Below are positions 1-13,252 of a DNA stretch of 64,000 nt, one piece after another. The DNA is from Octopus vulgaris (Eukaryota). The translations under genes were made by a program, and so were the position numbers. The notes under the pieces were generated by a model. The model did no database searches. It was not told where the DNA came from and saw only the letters and a list, made by a program, of their open reading frames with translations. The stretch lies in contig OX597824.1 of the NCBI GenBank assembly GCA_951406725.2, forward strand, positions 99,076,001-99,140,000. Direction: 5' to 3'. Position 1 is the first letter of the stretch. Each line of letters opens with the position of its first letter.

Positions 1-175
1 CTCCTCTGGAAGCTATCTACTCGCAATCCCAGAGGGCGCACACTCTCCTACCCTGATGTAATCTCCAGGGATACAGGCATCCAGCAACAGGACCTCCGTA
101 ATGCTCTGATGGACCGTGAAGTCTGGCGTAGTATGGTAAATTCCTTTGTCTCGACCACGGTCGAACAATGATGAT
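1..175 (+). mobile_element. 3' end of an RTE/RTEX-clade LINE ORF2 with (TGA)n tail
   Basis: Frame 1 is open: LLWKLSTRNPRGRTLSYPDVISRDTGIQQQDLRNALMDREVWRSMVNSFVSTTVEQ, stop TGA at 169-171. Resembles the RTE-type C-terminus (GR..Y.D...DTG.....MDREVWR). Confidence 0.7.
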
Positions 176-725
176 GGTGATGGATATGGTTGTGAAAGAC
201 CAAAACAATAAAGTCTGTTTATTGATTGATATGAGCGTACCCTGTGATCATAATATCTTGGCAAAAGACTTTGATAAGCTCAGAAAATATAAAGTTTTAC
301 TAATTGAAATGGAAAAGATATGGCATCTTAAGACGGTTACAATACCAGTGATTGTAGGAGCACTTGGAATGATCAAAAAAGGAACTGAAAATTATTTAAG
401 AATGATTCCTGGCTTACCATCCATGTAGGAAATGCAAAAGATTGTCTTAACTGGTCACACGTATTGCAAAGAGTATTGTTGCTGTGAATTTTTATTCCTT
501 TATTTTCTTTGTTTACTTTTTAATTTTTTAAATTTTTTTCCCTTTTCTCTCTGTCTTTCTTCCCCCTTTTCTCTATTGCATGACTTTGTAAATGAACAAT
601 CTGGTGTGTTTATTTTAATGGCCTACTAATGTATACAGTGTGTTTCTCTGCCCTTGGTATCAGGAAGACACTCGGCAAGAAATAGAAGCAGAATTGAAAG
701 ATGATGATAATGAAAATAATAATAA
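176..725 (+). mobile_element. R4/Dong-type LINE, C-terminal restriction-like endonuclease fragment plus 3' UTR
   Basis: ORF 168-428: DMVVKD..K.CLLIDMSVP.D......K..KY.......W.......PVIVGALG, the PD-(D/E)XK RLE domain. Continues through a stop into EMQKIVLTG and ends at a (TGA/TAA)n tract. Confidence 0.8.
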
Positions 726-734
726 TGATGATAC

Positions 735-1330
735 GCCCAAAACCACCACAAGTTGTGGTAACATGATGCAGTAGCAAAAGTGCTACATTGGAAACTGTGC
801 AAAAAGTGAAGCAGAGAAAGGCAAGACATAGTATGAACACAAAGGGCAAAGAGGGGCAGAGTCAGAGACCTACAAATTCTCTGGGATTTTCCAATCCAAA
901 CAGATCAGGTGTCAGAGCATAATGGACTGGACCAAGTGGTGGTCGACAAGATGCACCACATGTACTATATAGTTGATGTTGCATGCCCCTTTGACCCATG
1001 AATAGTCAAGAAGAAAGGCGAAAAAATAAATACAACCCTCTTAAATACGAAATAGCCCAGCTATGGAAAATGAAGAAAGTGAAGATAGTGCCAATTATTG
1101 TTGGGTCCTTGAAGACAGTATCAGAAGGCATGAAGAGGAATAGAAAGGAAATTGGAATAGAGTGCCCAGTAGAACTGTTACAAAAGGTTTGCCTCTTTGG
1201 CATGGCCAGAATAATCAGGAAAATATTAGATAGTTGAAAAGAACAAATAGCATGGTACCATAGGCTGCAGGTAGCAAGACTCCAGGTATTACAACAAAAC
1301 CTGAGATAAAAAGAATAAATAATAATAATA
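735..1330 (+). mobile_element. Second R4/Dong-type LINE 3' fragment
   Basis: HDAVAKVLHWKLCKK, LWDFPIQTD, IVDVACPFDP, KYNPLKYEIAQLWKMKKVKIVPIIVGSL, LLQKVCLFG across frameshifts. Ends in (TAA)n at about 1315-1335. Confidence 0.85.
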
Positions 1331-1334
1331 ATAA

Positions 1335-1545
1335 TCCTTTCTATTACAGGTATAGAGCCTGAAATTTGGGGGCAGATGGTGAGTTGATTACATAAATTAA
1401 GTACCAGTACTTGACTGATACTTTTTTTTCAACCCCAGCAGAATGGAAGCCAAACTTGACCTTGATGGGGTAAAATGTAAAATACCAGAGCAAATACCAC
1501 AAGGTACTTTTTCCAGTGCTCTAATGATTCCTGCCAGTAGTTTCT
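1335..1545 (-). mobile_element. tRNA-derived SINE with Nin/Deu-like central domain (decayed)
   Basis: Reverse complement matches the family seen at 9951, 41126 and 60545 (gaggtcaactttgcctttcatcc...aagtaccag...actggggtc...tagaaaggattatt). Confidence 0.7.
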
Positions 1546-3167
1546 AACAAAGGTACCAGGCTTTAAATTTTGTGGGAGGAACTTCAGTCAATACTATTGA
1601 CCCTAGACCTTTATTTTATCCAAACAGGCTCAGATGTAACACCTTGTGGTATTACATCCTTTTATGTTCTGAAGTTAAATCCTTTACTTTTCACTCATCT
1701 GTTCCCGTAAAATACTAGGGCCCAGTTTCATTCTTAAAACATCCCCAAAGTCACAAATGTGTGGCCATTTCCTTGCCTATTCTGTGTTAGAATAACTGTA
1801 TCACAAAGTAGCTTTTTAATAAATGGTTCCTGAAATAATATCTGGTGAAAGAGTTGCTGTAAGTTTATCCATCTTTTATGAGATGATTTACAAATGGAAT
1901 ATGGTGTAAAATTCACAAAATTATAACTCCAAGAAATAATTTCTGTAAATGGCAAATGAAGTTCATTGTATGGAAGTTTGGCTGTTTGAAATGTCATAAA
2001 GTTTCTTTCAGTAACATCTATTGTATCAGTCAACAGAAATACCAGCTTTAGATGAGACAAAGCATTAGATTCCAGTGATGTTAATTAGGGAATGGGCAGG
2101 CATTCCTTTCAGCTTGCAGACAGCATATCTGTGATGAAGAAGGTCAGCTGAAGATCTCCCTTCATGGATTGCACCAGCATATGTTGTGGAGATGGAGGTG
2201 GTGGGGGAAGAACAGTTGAGACAAGCTGTTTTGCTTAATTAATGTAAATAACACATAGAAACATTAGCGTTTCTTCCTAAATCTCTTCAAAATCTTCTGG
2301 TTTCAATGTCTACTTCATACACTTGAGTAATTGGAACACACACGCCCAAAATGAAAAAAAACTCTTACATTTGTACAAGATACAAAAGTAGATGTTAATG
2401 GTGGTGGTGGTATCGAAATGAATCCATGATATGTAACTCATGATATGATTGCTATTAATTCTGTGAGTATTCTAAGTTTGGCAGCCAATAGCAATATTAA
2501 TGGGATTTGAACTCAGAACGGGGAGAGATGAGTATAAATACCACAAGGCACTTAGATTAATGTCACCCTCCCCCACCCACCTCATTCCATCAACTTATTT
2601 TTATTTGAAATTATCATTTCTGATATTGTAAGTGGGAGAAGTAAAGTTGATTAAATCAACCCAAGTCTATAACTGGTATTGTTTTTACATGTACTCTGAG
2701 TAATAAGACAGAATGTTAACTCGTGGGATTCAAACTTCTTTTCGAGAGTCCTGAATAAATCTCCCACAACATTTGTACTAATTCTTTACTTTTCTGTTAT
2801 TCCCCAGCCCCTACTTCTTTTTCCTCTTTTAATGATAGTGAATGATGGCTTTGCTTCTATGGATCCCAGTATATCACTGGTGGAGAAATGGTAAAGTTAA
2901 TTTTGATTGGTTTGAACTCAATCTATAAAGGGAGGTAATTAATTACAAACAGCCATTGACTGTATTTTAGCAAATTTATCATCCGCTGTTTACCATTTAT
3001 TGATAAAGGGTCAATAAATAGCAAGAGGATACAGGTGAATTCTATTAAACTGGCCTGGTAACTAGTATAATGTGTTCTTGGTTAACATGATTTCAATTAG
3101 AATAACACATATTTTTTTGTCATGTTTGTTTTCTTTCCTTCTTCTATGCTTCTCCTTTCTCTCATCA

Positions 3168-3206
3168 AACTCTATGATGAAGAGCTTAAGTTCAAAACAT
3201 CAGTGA
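3168..3206 (+). ncRNA. Decayed minimal hammerhead ribozyme motif (Penelope-like)
   Basis: ctaTGATGA-AGAGC-ttaa-GTTC-aaaacatcag resembles CTGATGAAGAGC..GCTCGAAACGTCAG with mostly CpG-type changes. The catalytic G of GAAA is lost. Confidence 0.4.
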
Positions 3207-3624
3207 TACTTCCATTTCCTTAATCCCTTTAAAATAATTGAATAAAAAGAAATTACTCAACAAAATCTCATAAAAGACAGTTTCCAGAATAAAACTTCAC
3301 TAGAATGTATGATAATATTTCTTTATTATTACATTCATTGCAAAACTTGATTGCAATTATTTAAGGAAACCTGATAGCAGCACCAAAGTTGAATTTGTTA
3401 AAAGAACTGCTCTCAGCCATTTCTGATGAATTTCTCTGTTATGACCAGCCACCACACTCAGTTTTCTATTTCTGTTTTGTTTACTCGGATCTACTCTGGT
3501 AGCCAGATGAAATTTGATAAAGTGATATTTCTGAAGTGGAAGCACATTACATCACTATTTCATTGTCAAACAGCTAATTTTAGATTACTTTCTCTCTCAC
3601 AGTCAAGTTAATTTTATACTTGTT

Positions 3625-3627
3625 GTA

Positions 3628-3677
<50 letters not shown>

Positions 3678-3892
3678 ATACATACATATATATACATATA
3701 TATAATATATATGCATATATTTATTCATACAGACATATATATACAAAAACATACATATATATATGTGTGTATAACTGCATATATATATGTGTGTGTGTGA
3801 AGTTAGTGTATACAGGCATATATGTGTCTGTATATGTATATGTATATTTGTGTGTGTGTGTATGTGCATGTATATTTACACACACACACTCA
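3625..3892. repeat. Compound (CA)n/(TA)n/(TG)n microsatellite
   Basis: Seen directly. Similar tracts at about 4750, 19900-20040, 32820-33160, 33460-33720, 42720-43040, 47290-47590 and 55200-55365. Confidence 0.95.
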
Positions 3893-4837
3893 CATTTGTT
3901 GTTGGGAATAGTCCTTGTTTTTAATGTCTGCTATTTAAACTGGATGTTCCTGTGAAAACATGGTAGCCATGGTGACAGATACTTTCTCTCTCTCTCTCTC
4001 TCTCCACCTTCTCCCTCTCTTTCTCTTCCTCCCTGTTCTGACCTCCCTCAGTAATTATCTCCAATGAAATGGCCCCTCCCCTCCAACATGCTCTAATTTG
4101 GTTCCATTAAATACCATTAAACATTCATACACCTGCCTTGTCTCATAAAAGTCTCTCTCATTCTCTCCCTCACCCCTTTCCCCTATCTCTTCCCCCCTCC
4201 TATCCATCCATCTACCTATCGACAGATAGAGTTAATTCAACATTCACACCACCCGCTAAACAAAGAATGTTTGTAGACCCTCCACCTCCTCTCCATATAA
4301 CAAATTCCTCAATTAATTAAAAAGTTTTATCACTGATGAAAACAGTTTCACCAAAGTACATAAAATGTGTCAGTTTGTAGGGGTTGGGCATGGGTGGAAT
4401 AATATTTTGTTGATCTTTTGGATCTTGATAATTTTCTGATAAGTGGATTTGATTTCGATCAGTTCTATCAACTCAATTTAATGGATTGACAAAATTACAG
4501 AACTGGCAGAGCACCAAACAAAGCCAATCATCATCATCATCATTGTTTTAACATCCTTGTTTCCATGTTTGCATTGGTCAGACAGAATTCATTGAAGTAA
4601 GCTCTCTATGGATTGATGCCCTTCCAAATGCCAACCCCCAACTCTTTCGAAACATGGTAATATTTCCCCTTAATTGCATGTTTTTCCCTAAAGACTGAAA
4701 TGAATGACCCTTGTTTACAACCATCATGCAGTGTTTAGACTCATCCATACACAACATATACATACAGATATACACACAATATATATTACATACATACATA
4801 TACACATATGTGTATGTACATACATACATACATACAT

Positions 4838-5155
4838 ACGAAACCTCCAGCTTCTATATCTGGGCTATGAATTCATATTCATACCAATAATAACCGGAGC
4901 ACTAGGTTTTGTTAGTAAATGCTTAAAGAAGAATCTGGATAAACTGGGATTTTCAGAACGAGGAATCAACTGACTAATTCATACATTACAAGTGCAATCT
5001 GTGAATGGAACAGTACAAATATGCAAGACTTTTGTCAAGTTCCAAATGTGAATTTGTCTGTGTTAACTACATCCCAAAGATGGAGCCTTGTATCTTTGTT
5101 GGAAACCAGCTCCCTCCTCAGCGGAAGATTTATAATAATTAAAAAATAGAAGAGA
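4838..5155 (+). mobile_element. R4/Dong-type LINE 3' end embedded in a (TACA)n microsatellite
   Basis: RNLQLLYLGYEFIFIPIITGALGFVSKCLKKNLDKLGF..LQVQSVNGTVQICKTF is an RLE C-terminus. (TACA)n on both sides. Confidence 0.75.
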
Positions 5156-5341
5156 CATACTTACATACAAATGTATGTACGTACATACATACATACAACT
5201 TTACCTTTCAACCTTTCAGGGTTGATAAAATAAAGTACCAGACAAAAAGTATTTACTAGGATCAACTATATTGAGTAAGCCCCCTCCTATCAAAATTGCT
5301 GGCTTTGGGTCTAAATTAGAAGCAATTATTATTATTGTTAT

Positions 5342-5580
5342 TGAGGTGGTGAGCTGGTAGAATCTTTAGCACAGCAGGTAAAATGCTTATCAGTATTTTT
5401 TGTTTGTCTTCACGTTCCAAGTTCAAATTCTACCAAGGTCAACTTTGTCTTTCATCCTTTCAAAGTCAAAAAAACAAGTATCAATTAAGTACTGAGGTTG
5501 ATGTAATCGATATCCCCTTTCCCAAAATTGACCCAGCATGGCCGCGGCCTTCGGGATAAAACATTTTTAAGGATTATTAT
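5342..5580 (+). mobile_element. Nin/Deu-like SINE with an alternative 3' tail
   Basis: Head ggtggtgagctggtagaatc, B-box-like gttcaaattc, central domain, then tail cccagcatggccgcggccttcgggataaaacat. Confidence 0.75.
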
Positions 5581-5601
5581 TATTATTATTGTTAGTATTA
5601 T

Positions 5602-7676
5602 ACTTCCGGCTGGAAGGCTGGAACGTTGGTGGAAGTTTGACAGGTATTTTTATTATCAAAACTACTGTTTTCATTGATATTATTGTTTAAAAAAGGGAGC
5701 ATAAGACAATAGTCTTTGTTCCCAGAAAAAAAGAATTAAATAATATTCGGGTCTTGTGCCCAAATATTAGTATTTGTGAAATGTTCACATGTTCACAAGT
5801 GAAAAATGGTGTGGAGGGGCGTAACTTTCTAATGCAAAACAAACCAGTTTGTGACAGCAGGAAGAGTCACAAGTAACAATTTTGGGGACAAAACTGATAA
5901 TGAATCCAAAAGCACCACAGACCCTACGGAAAGCAATAAAATTAACCGCAAAGAACAAAGAGAAAAGCGACACAATGGAGAACACACAATCACTCAATAA
6001 GCGAATAGACAACAAAAATGTAACTGCCAACTCCCAAAACAAATGATGTGGAAAATACCATGATAACTGATATCAACAAAGAAAATAACAACTTCAACTC
6101 TGTGGAACAGAGAAGCATAACAGAAAACAATAACAGAACGAATAACGTCCACAAAAACATCGATGAGAACACAACCAGTACCTACGTCAGCACCAGCAAC
6201 AGAGAGGTGGGTGTATTTGGAAGAAACAATAGCAGTAACAACGTGAATGATTCCACCACCATCATCAACAGTGGGAGCAGAACAAGTACTTTTGCAGCAG
6301 CAGCTGTGAAATGCCAACAAAAGTCTTGAGATAGACAACCCCAACAAAAAAGAGATGTTAGCCCAGGCCCACAAACTCATAAAAGAAAAAACCTGGACTA
6401 ACCTTGCAATCCCAGCTGAAGTGGAGGCAGAAATTGAGAGGAGGACATTAAAGTATAGGCACATCTCGGTGCAGTCTTGGAGAGCAGAACAACCCTCCCA
6501 CCTTCAAGTAGAGATGGTTCTGAGATCAATCAGAGAGGATGATGAACTCATTCAAAGAGCCCAAAGTTTTGGTACCATCTCAATCCTTTTTTGAAACAGA
6601 AGAGCTGGCCATGAAGCATTCAGTGGGACCCTGTAAAACTGACCAGCTCATAATGTACCCATCCTGCATGGGCAGAAGAACAATAAAAGTTTGAGTCCCC
6701 AGAATAACACCAGGTATCAACATATAACTCGTGGGATGTGTGATTGCAGAGGGCAGCGACACCTTCCTCCTAAAAGTCCAATGGATGCAAAGAGAAGACT
6801 GGGGTGAGATAGATTTGAAAATGTTAATCCAAATAAAACCACAAGACTTGGAGAACATCCCAGATTATATCCACCTCAAGGACAGGATGAAATTATCCTT
6901 GATCACCAACACACCTACAAGCACTCTGTCATCAGTGAATAAGTACAGGGTCTGTAGACCTCCACTGACCCCAACATCAAGACTGGGAAAACAAAAAACA
7001 GCACCAGCTGTAGAAAGATCATCACCAACAACAGGGAAAGCAGCAAAAATAGCAACAGTGGCGGAGGCGGTGGCAGGCATAACAACAACACCAGCAGGAA
7101 AACCGTTGGAGAGGTCAACTAAACCCCACTGCAGACAGATAAAACAAATCCCAAAAGGAAACTCACACCACAAATGCAACAAGAACAGCAAAAAATGATG
7201 ACGCAGGCAGCTAACTTTGCATTAGTAAAGAGGGCCAACAAACAACTGATAGCCCTCTTATCATGAAGGGAAAACATTGAAAAAGGTGGGGGGAAATCTT
7301 CTTGGACTAGCACATACAACCTACAGAAGGACTTAATGATGGTGAGGATGGATTTGGACACTTTCCAAACAATTAGGGATGTCTTTCCACATGATGTAGG
7401 GATCCCTCAATTAAATGCCAATGCAAAGTTTTTACAAGTGTTCCCAAAGGATCCAAATGCAGAAATGGAGGTGGGAACACCCATTCTACAATGACTCCAG
7501 GGAGGTAAGCACACTCCTCATCTTTCTTTCTTTCCTTTTAGACTAATGTGGCAGAGTTAAGAGTAGGTTGCATAAATTTATGTGGCCTGGGGTCGTCTTG
7601 GAAGCAAGGTCACTTGCTCAATGACCTCAGGTGGCTGAATTTGGATGTAATAACCATCAGTGAGATTAGGATTCCA

Positions 7677-7709
<33 letters not shown>

Positions 7710-9517
7710 TAGCACCCATTTTTGATGATTTGAAGATTTTTGCATCTCTTAGTTAACCAGGAACAGGGGTGGGGGTGGCAGTGTTTTTCAGAAAAGGCCT
7801 GGATCATGAGATACAATCAGTCTTCCAGGACCCGGAAGGTAAGTTGGTGGTCCTGGATTTGAACAATAACGAAGGCAGTGCTTTTAGACTGGCTGCTGTG
7901 TATGCTCCAACTGAATTGGGGAAGCCAGAGTTTTTTCTAAGGATGTCTCAGTCTTTAGTGTTGGTGGGTGACTGGGACATCATCTAGGATGCCTGTGTGG
8001 ATTGGGTGGGGCTAGCGGATAGAAAAGCCAAGTGTGCAAGCCTGGCAAACCTGCTCAGTCATTTCCAACTAGCTGACAGGTTCAGACTGGGTTACTTGAA
8101 TGCCCCAGTGTGGTCATGGGCAAACAGTATCAGGTCATCCAGATCTTATCTAGATAGGGTATTTTGTAGGCCAGCAGATAAGGGAAGCATAGGTTGTCGA
8201 CAATTCGAACTTGTCATCCATACAGACCACAAGTTTGTGATCTGTATGGTTGACCTAGTCAGCCTTCATAGGCAGGATCCTGGATTCTGGAAGCTGAACA
8301 TGTCCTTCCTGGCACATCAAGCCTTCAGAGACTAACTTAGCAAGTTAGTCAATCCAAATTTAACAGGTGCATTCATCAACAACCAATGGTGGATATCCCT
8401 AAAACGGGTGATTAGAGTAGAAGCTATAGAATTTAGCAAAGACTAGTGATAGAGAAGACTAGAGTAGAGGGAGACCTAGTTAGGAAACTAAAAGAGGCAC
8501 TCAGCAGAGGCATAGTGACTGACGTGCTGGCAGCAAGATTGGTTCTGAACCAATTCTTCAACACCAAGCATGAAGGTTACATAGTCTGAATTAGGGCATG
8601 TGCTCTAAAGCAGGAGGGAACAAAAGCCATTCGATGGGCCTTGGTGGCTGAGGCGCATCGTGGTAATAAAACTACAATTCGGTCTTTGAGGGGTTGGGAC
8701 AGGTGCATGCTACACGAGTCCAAGCAGATTTGTGTGGAATTTCAGCAGCACTTTGCTGAACTATACGGGGCACGTGGTGGTCCAGAGATGGACACTTCCT
8801 ACCTTGATGGTCTGCCATGGCTTTTGGCCAGGGATATAGAGTTCTGCAAAATGCCAATAGCAGCTGAAGATATACATGATGTGTTGGCTAGTTGCATAAG
8901 GGAGAAGTCTCTGGCATTGGACGGCCCTAGAGTTTTATATTCATATGCCATACTTGTTTGGTGAGCTTTGGGGAGATGTCTACTGCAACTAGCAGCAAAA
9001 TGGGAGAATTCCCAGATCTGTGAGCTGTTGTGGTGACGCTACTGAGAAAGGATCCAAACAAGGGAGACATTGTTGATAACGTTAGGCCTGTAACTCTGCT
9101 AAATGTAGATTATAAAATTTTGATGAAGAGGTTGGTGTTTTTCCTTGACAGACTGGTGGATGATGTGCAGACTTGCGCTATCCCCAACAGATCTATCCAC
9201 GACAATCTCCACCTCATGCGATACATCATAGAGAGGGTTGGTAAAGAACCTGTCATGGGTGAGGCCCTGATCAATTTGGACCAATTGAAAGCTTTCAGTA
9301 GGGTTGACCATCAGTACTTGGAGGCTGTTTTTAAGGCTGTTGGTTTTCGTCCCGTTTCTGGAGGCTGGATTGCTGCAATGTACAGTGACATTGGTAGTCA
9401 AAGTAAATGGTCACCTGTCAGAATCGTTTAGCATTGCACATTCGATTCATGAAGGATGTCCACTCTCACCCCTTCTCTACATACTGGCACTCGAGCCATT
9501 AGTGCAGATAGTGAGAT
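5602..9517 (+). mobile_element. L1/Tx1-clade LINE pseudogene: ORF1 (about 5990-7500) and ORF2 APE endonuclease plus RT (about 7546-9517), 3'-truncated
   Basis: APE motifs VGCINLCGL, ITISE, GVAVFFRK, AAVYAPT, VGDWD, SYLDRVF, TDHK, GFWKLN. RT motifs TLLRKDPNKG..NVRPVTLLNVDYKIL, QTCAIPNRSIHDN, LDQLKAFSRVDH, EGCPLSPLLYILALEPL. Many stops and frameshifts; (CA)n insertion at about 7678-7707. Confidence 0.92.
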
Positions 9518-9565
9518 GATAGACAGGGTGGCTTATCTTTTATACCAAGATAAAACATGTGTATG

Positions 9566-9750
9566 ATGATCATCATCATCATTTAACGTCTGTTGTCCAT
9601 GCTGGCATGGGTTAGATGTTTGACCAGGACTGGTAAGCTGAGGGGCTGTGCCAGACTCTCGTCTGATTTGGTATGGTTTCTATGGCTGGATGCCCTTCCT
9701 GATGTCACACACTCCAAGAGTGTAATGGGTGCTTTTACATGCCACAGGCA
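9566..9750 (-). mobile_element. RTE-type 3' tail repeat (5'-truncated copy)
   Basis: Reverse complement of ggaagggcatccagc...ccatgccagcatggacaacagacgttaaatgatgat. Other copies at about 4525-4650, 15290-15450, 21213-21345, 55610-55870, 60330-60490 and 63850-63950. Confidence 0.8.
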
Positions 9751-9904
9751 TCTTCTCAAGCATTACCAAAGGTTTTGGTCATTTGCCATTGCCTCTGTGA
9801 GGCCCAACGCTTGAAAGGTACTATTTACGTGCCACCTTCAAATCAGTTAAGACCAGAAGCCATAAGAGCCACTACCTGATATTGCATCAGGGCAACTATT
9901 ATTA

Positions 9905-9937
<33 letters not shown>

Positions 9938-9950
9938 TATTATTACTATT

Positions 9951-10146
9951 AAGGTGGCGAGCTGGTAGAATCGTTAGCATGCCAAGCAAAATGCTTAGTA
10001 GCACTTCATCCATCCTTATGTTTTGAGCTCAAATTTCATCCTTTCAGGGTCAATGAAATAAGCACCAGTTATGCACTAGGATCAATATAATCAACTAGCC
10101 CTCATCCCCAAAATTTCAGGCCTTATGCTTATAGTAGAAAGGATTA
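9951..10146 (+). mobile_element. Nin/Deu-like tRNA-derived SINE in a (TTA)n tract
   Basis: aaggtggcgagctggtagaatcgttagcatgcc head; atagtagaaaggattatt tail. Confidence 0.8.
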
Positions 10147-10159
10147 TTATTATTATTTT

Positions 10160-10440
10160 GGTTTGTCTCAGGTTTGGTCTTATTCCTGGTAGGGATTCTG
10201 TGGATTGCAGGTTACTGCCTGTGACCTTAGGTATCCACAAGTTTTCAGCAATCTTTCAAGTGCTTGGGACCTTCCTGATAATCCTTGCTGTCCCCAAGAA
10301 ACAAACTTTCTGTAGGAGCTCTACCAACCATTCTATTTCAATCTCCCTCAGCCACTGGTTTATATCTTGGCTTACATTTCCCAGTGCACTTATTATTATT
10401 GGCACAACCTTTACTGTTTGCATGCTCCAAATTCTTCCCA
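10160..10440 (-). mobile_element. R4/Dong-type LINE 3' end
   Basis: ORF 10256-10456(-): RIWSMQTVKVVPIIISALG...VELLQKVCFLGTARIIRKV, same family as 735-1330. The 3' end runs into (TAA)n. Confidence 0.8.
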
Positions 10441-11314
10441 TCATCATTATCATCATTATTCTAAAAATGATTTTTCACATGGAAGATGGCCAGTAAAAGA
10501 TAAAGATGAGGATGGTAAGATTTACTGAAATTTATTTGGAAGCACCAATCCAGTTATTGTAAAGAAAGGAAACTGTACCGTAACTTATTTCATTTGTTAG
10601 GGAGGAATGGCAGTCTCATGATCCTCTTTAAGACCCTTAACACAGGTGGAAGACAGAAAAGAAGCTACCTTTTGATCAGAAACCATCTGGCTCTAATATT
10701 TACAAAAGATGGCAATCTACAAAGACATCCAAAGGGCCAGGTATGAGGGTGGTTTAATCAAACCAGGGATCGAGTCTACTCTTTGATATTGTGAATTTAT
10801 TTATCATGATGATGGTAGTGGTGGTCATGGTGGTGGTGGTAATGGTATGTAGCAGAAATGGCAGCAGGTGTATGTAGAGGTAACAATGTAGTCTGCAAGT
10901 CTACAACAACAGACACCATATTATATCACTATCTGCAAGAAGTTGTCTGTTGTTTTTTGATAAAGAAGTCTCTGCTACATTATTATTATTATCATTATTA
11001 TTCTTTTCACATTTGTTTTAACAATTACACCATTTTACTGATTATAAACTTCATCCTTGCAATGTATATTATATGTTGACTGTGTGTGTATACATATATG
11101 TATATATGCACTGGAAGTTACTGCCGTATGTGTACATGTGTGTGTAGGTGCTTGTGCCTCTCTGAGAGAGAGAGAGAGAGGGTATGTATGTGTACACACA
11201 CACACACACACACATTGGTCAGTTGTCCATAAGTAAGAAATAACACACTCTAACAGAAATTTTGAACAGTTATGCTTTTATGCAGTCTGGTAGAATATCA
11301 TTGGTTATGACTTA

Positions 11315-12088
11315 CAGGGTGGGGCAGGGAGGACAGGCATTTTTGGAAAATTCCTAAAATTATTAATTTTAGTTGCAAACGAATTTTATTGACATCAATG
11401 TGTTCAAATAGAATTAGCATTTGTTAAAATCAAGTGCGGAAAATATCATCCATCACTTGGTATCCATTTTTATTGATGCATTTCTGAAGGCATTCTTGGA
11501 AGTTGGCCTCCCCTCTCTCCAGCATTGCTCTATTGATTAGGATGACTTCCACGTGAATAATTTCCTTCAAATCATCCAGTGTATGAGGCTTATGTATATA
11601 CACACGTGTCTTGAGGTTTCCTCACAAGAAATAATCACACATGGACAAATCAGGGGACCTAGTGGGTCAAGGAATGTCAGCAAACCTGGAAATGAGGTGG
11701 TCCCTGAAGAGAGGGCCAAGAACGCCCATTGATGCTCCGACTGTGTGCCATCTCTCCATCCTGCAAAATACCCCTTACTGATCGATTACCAGTGCCAAGT
11801 TCAGTGGAATGCCTCCAAGCGGAGCGATTCAGACTCCATATCAAAGCTTGTCTGATGCATTCCACATTTTCCAGGGTCTGTACCATTCGTGACACCCACA
11901 CCGGTCTCCTATTCATTAGTGTACCTCATGTATGAAGTGCATTCACCCATCGTAAGATTGTGTTATGGGTGGGAACAAAAAATGCTAAGACACCATGGAC
12001 CCGAATGGTACCTGTTGGACCTATGTCCCTCTCCTTGGGGCTGAGTAATAGCCATTTCAAAAACGTCCGTCCTCTCTGCCCCACCCTG
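11315..12088 (-). mobile_element. Internally deleted Tc1/mariner-superfamily DNA transposon
   Basis: TIR cagggtggggcagggaggacaggcatttttg versus reverse complement cagggtggggcagagaggacggacgtttttg. TA on both sides (11313-14, 12089-90). Minus strand encodes RSPDLSMCDYFL.GNLKTRVYIHKPHTLDDLK and TLENVECIRQAL. Confidence 0.9.
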
Positions 12089-13200
12089 TATAACTGGTCA
12101 GAGAGTTAATATTAGTTTCATATCTACTATTGCACTTGGCAATATAGACAGGTTAGCTGACCTGCTGGCTGGAAGCAAATAGCTCTTTTACTGATGGAGG
12201 TAAATATACAGTCTTGGTCAGTTGGAGGGAGGAAAGAAAAAAAAGCTGAAAGACAAAAACTCTCTCAGAAAGTTTCTGGTGAGTTGTCTGTATTGCTAAA
12301 TGCAATTGTAGATGCAAACTCAATGGTTATTGTCTGACTCATTGGTTATGTGTTATAACTGAGGATATACTAATAGAATGCCTAGAATATGTGTGACAGA
12401 CAGACATAGACAAACAGACTGACTAGTTAGATGCATAAGTAGACAGATAATAAATGACATTTCTTAACAAAAGAAAAGCAACTTATTGCAAAAATTAGTT
12501 TTAAACAAGTTATCTGAAGAGGCGTTTAAGAATGGGCATTAATTTTTGTTTATATTTCAACAGTTCTACAATAAGAAATTTCTGTTTCAACAATGGTAGC
12601 TTAAGTAAGGTGTTTTTAGTGACAGTATGGAGAAAGGAAAAGAGCTTGATGAGAGAGGGAGAGAGACAGAGAGACAGACAGACGGACGGACAGAAGGTGT
12701 GAACTGAACTGGAAGTTGTGACAGATCAACAAACTTCACAATCATTGTAATTCAAACATACATACATACATACTTGTATGTGTATGTATGTATGTACGTA
12801 TGTGTATATATATATATCCATACACTTAGAAACCAAAGTTTTGTGTAAATCCAGCCGTGGGTGCAATGTATGAGAATTGTTAGTAATGACGAGTAAGAAG
12901 AACTGTTGGGTGTTTGTTAATAAAAGTACATTAGTATCCTTTATGTAGGTAACGTCATCAAGTAAAACTTATCTGAGTCTGTGAATGAATACTGCATACT
13001 GAGAGAAAAATGTGCAATCCTGGAAGATATGTGGGGTAAACTGATAGACTAAAAACTAACAGTTATGAAAGGATAATCCTCTTCATAAATGAAAGAAAAG
13101 AAAATGGACAGCTGTTCTATTGCTAAATTGTACAACTTAGTAACAGTGGGGAAAGGGGAAAAATCCACTAGTTTGTAAAGTATTTTGCTCTTACACAAAG

Positions 13201-13252
<52 letters not shown>

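Noticed and set aside
1734-2060. 108-aa minus-strand ORF
   Set aside because: No recognisable domain, non-ATG start and no splice support.
4330-4376. CTGATGA...aaaatgtgtcagt as an active hammerhead
   Set aside because: GAAA is mutated and stem II does not pair; kept only as a faint fossil.
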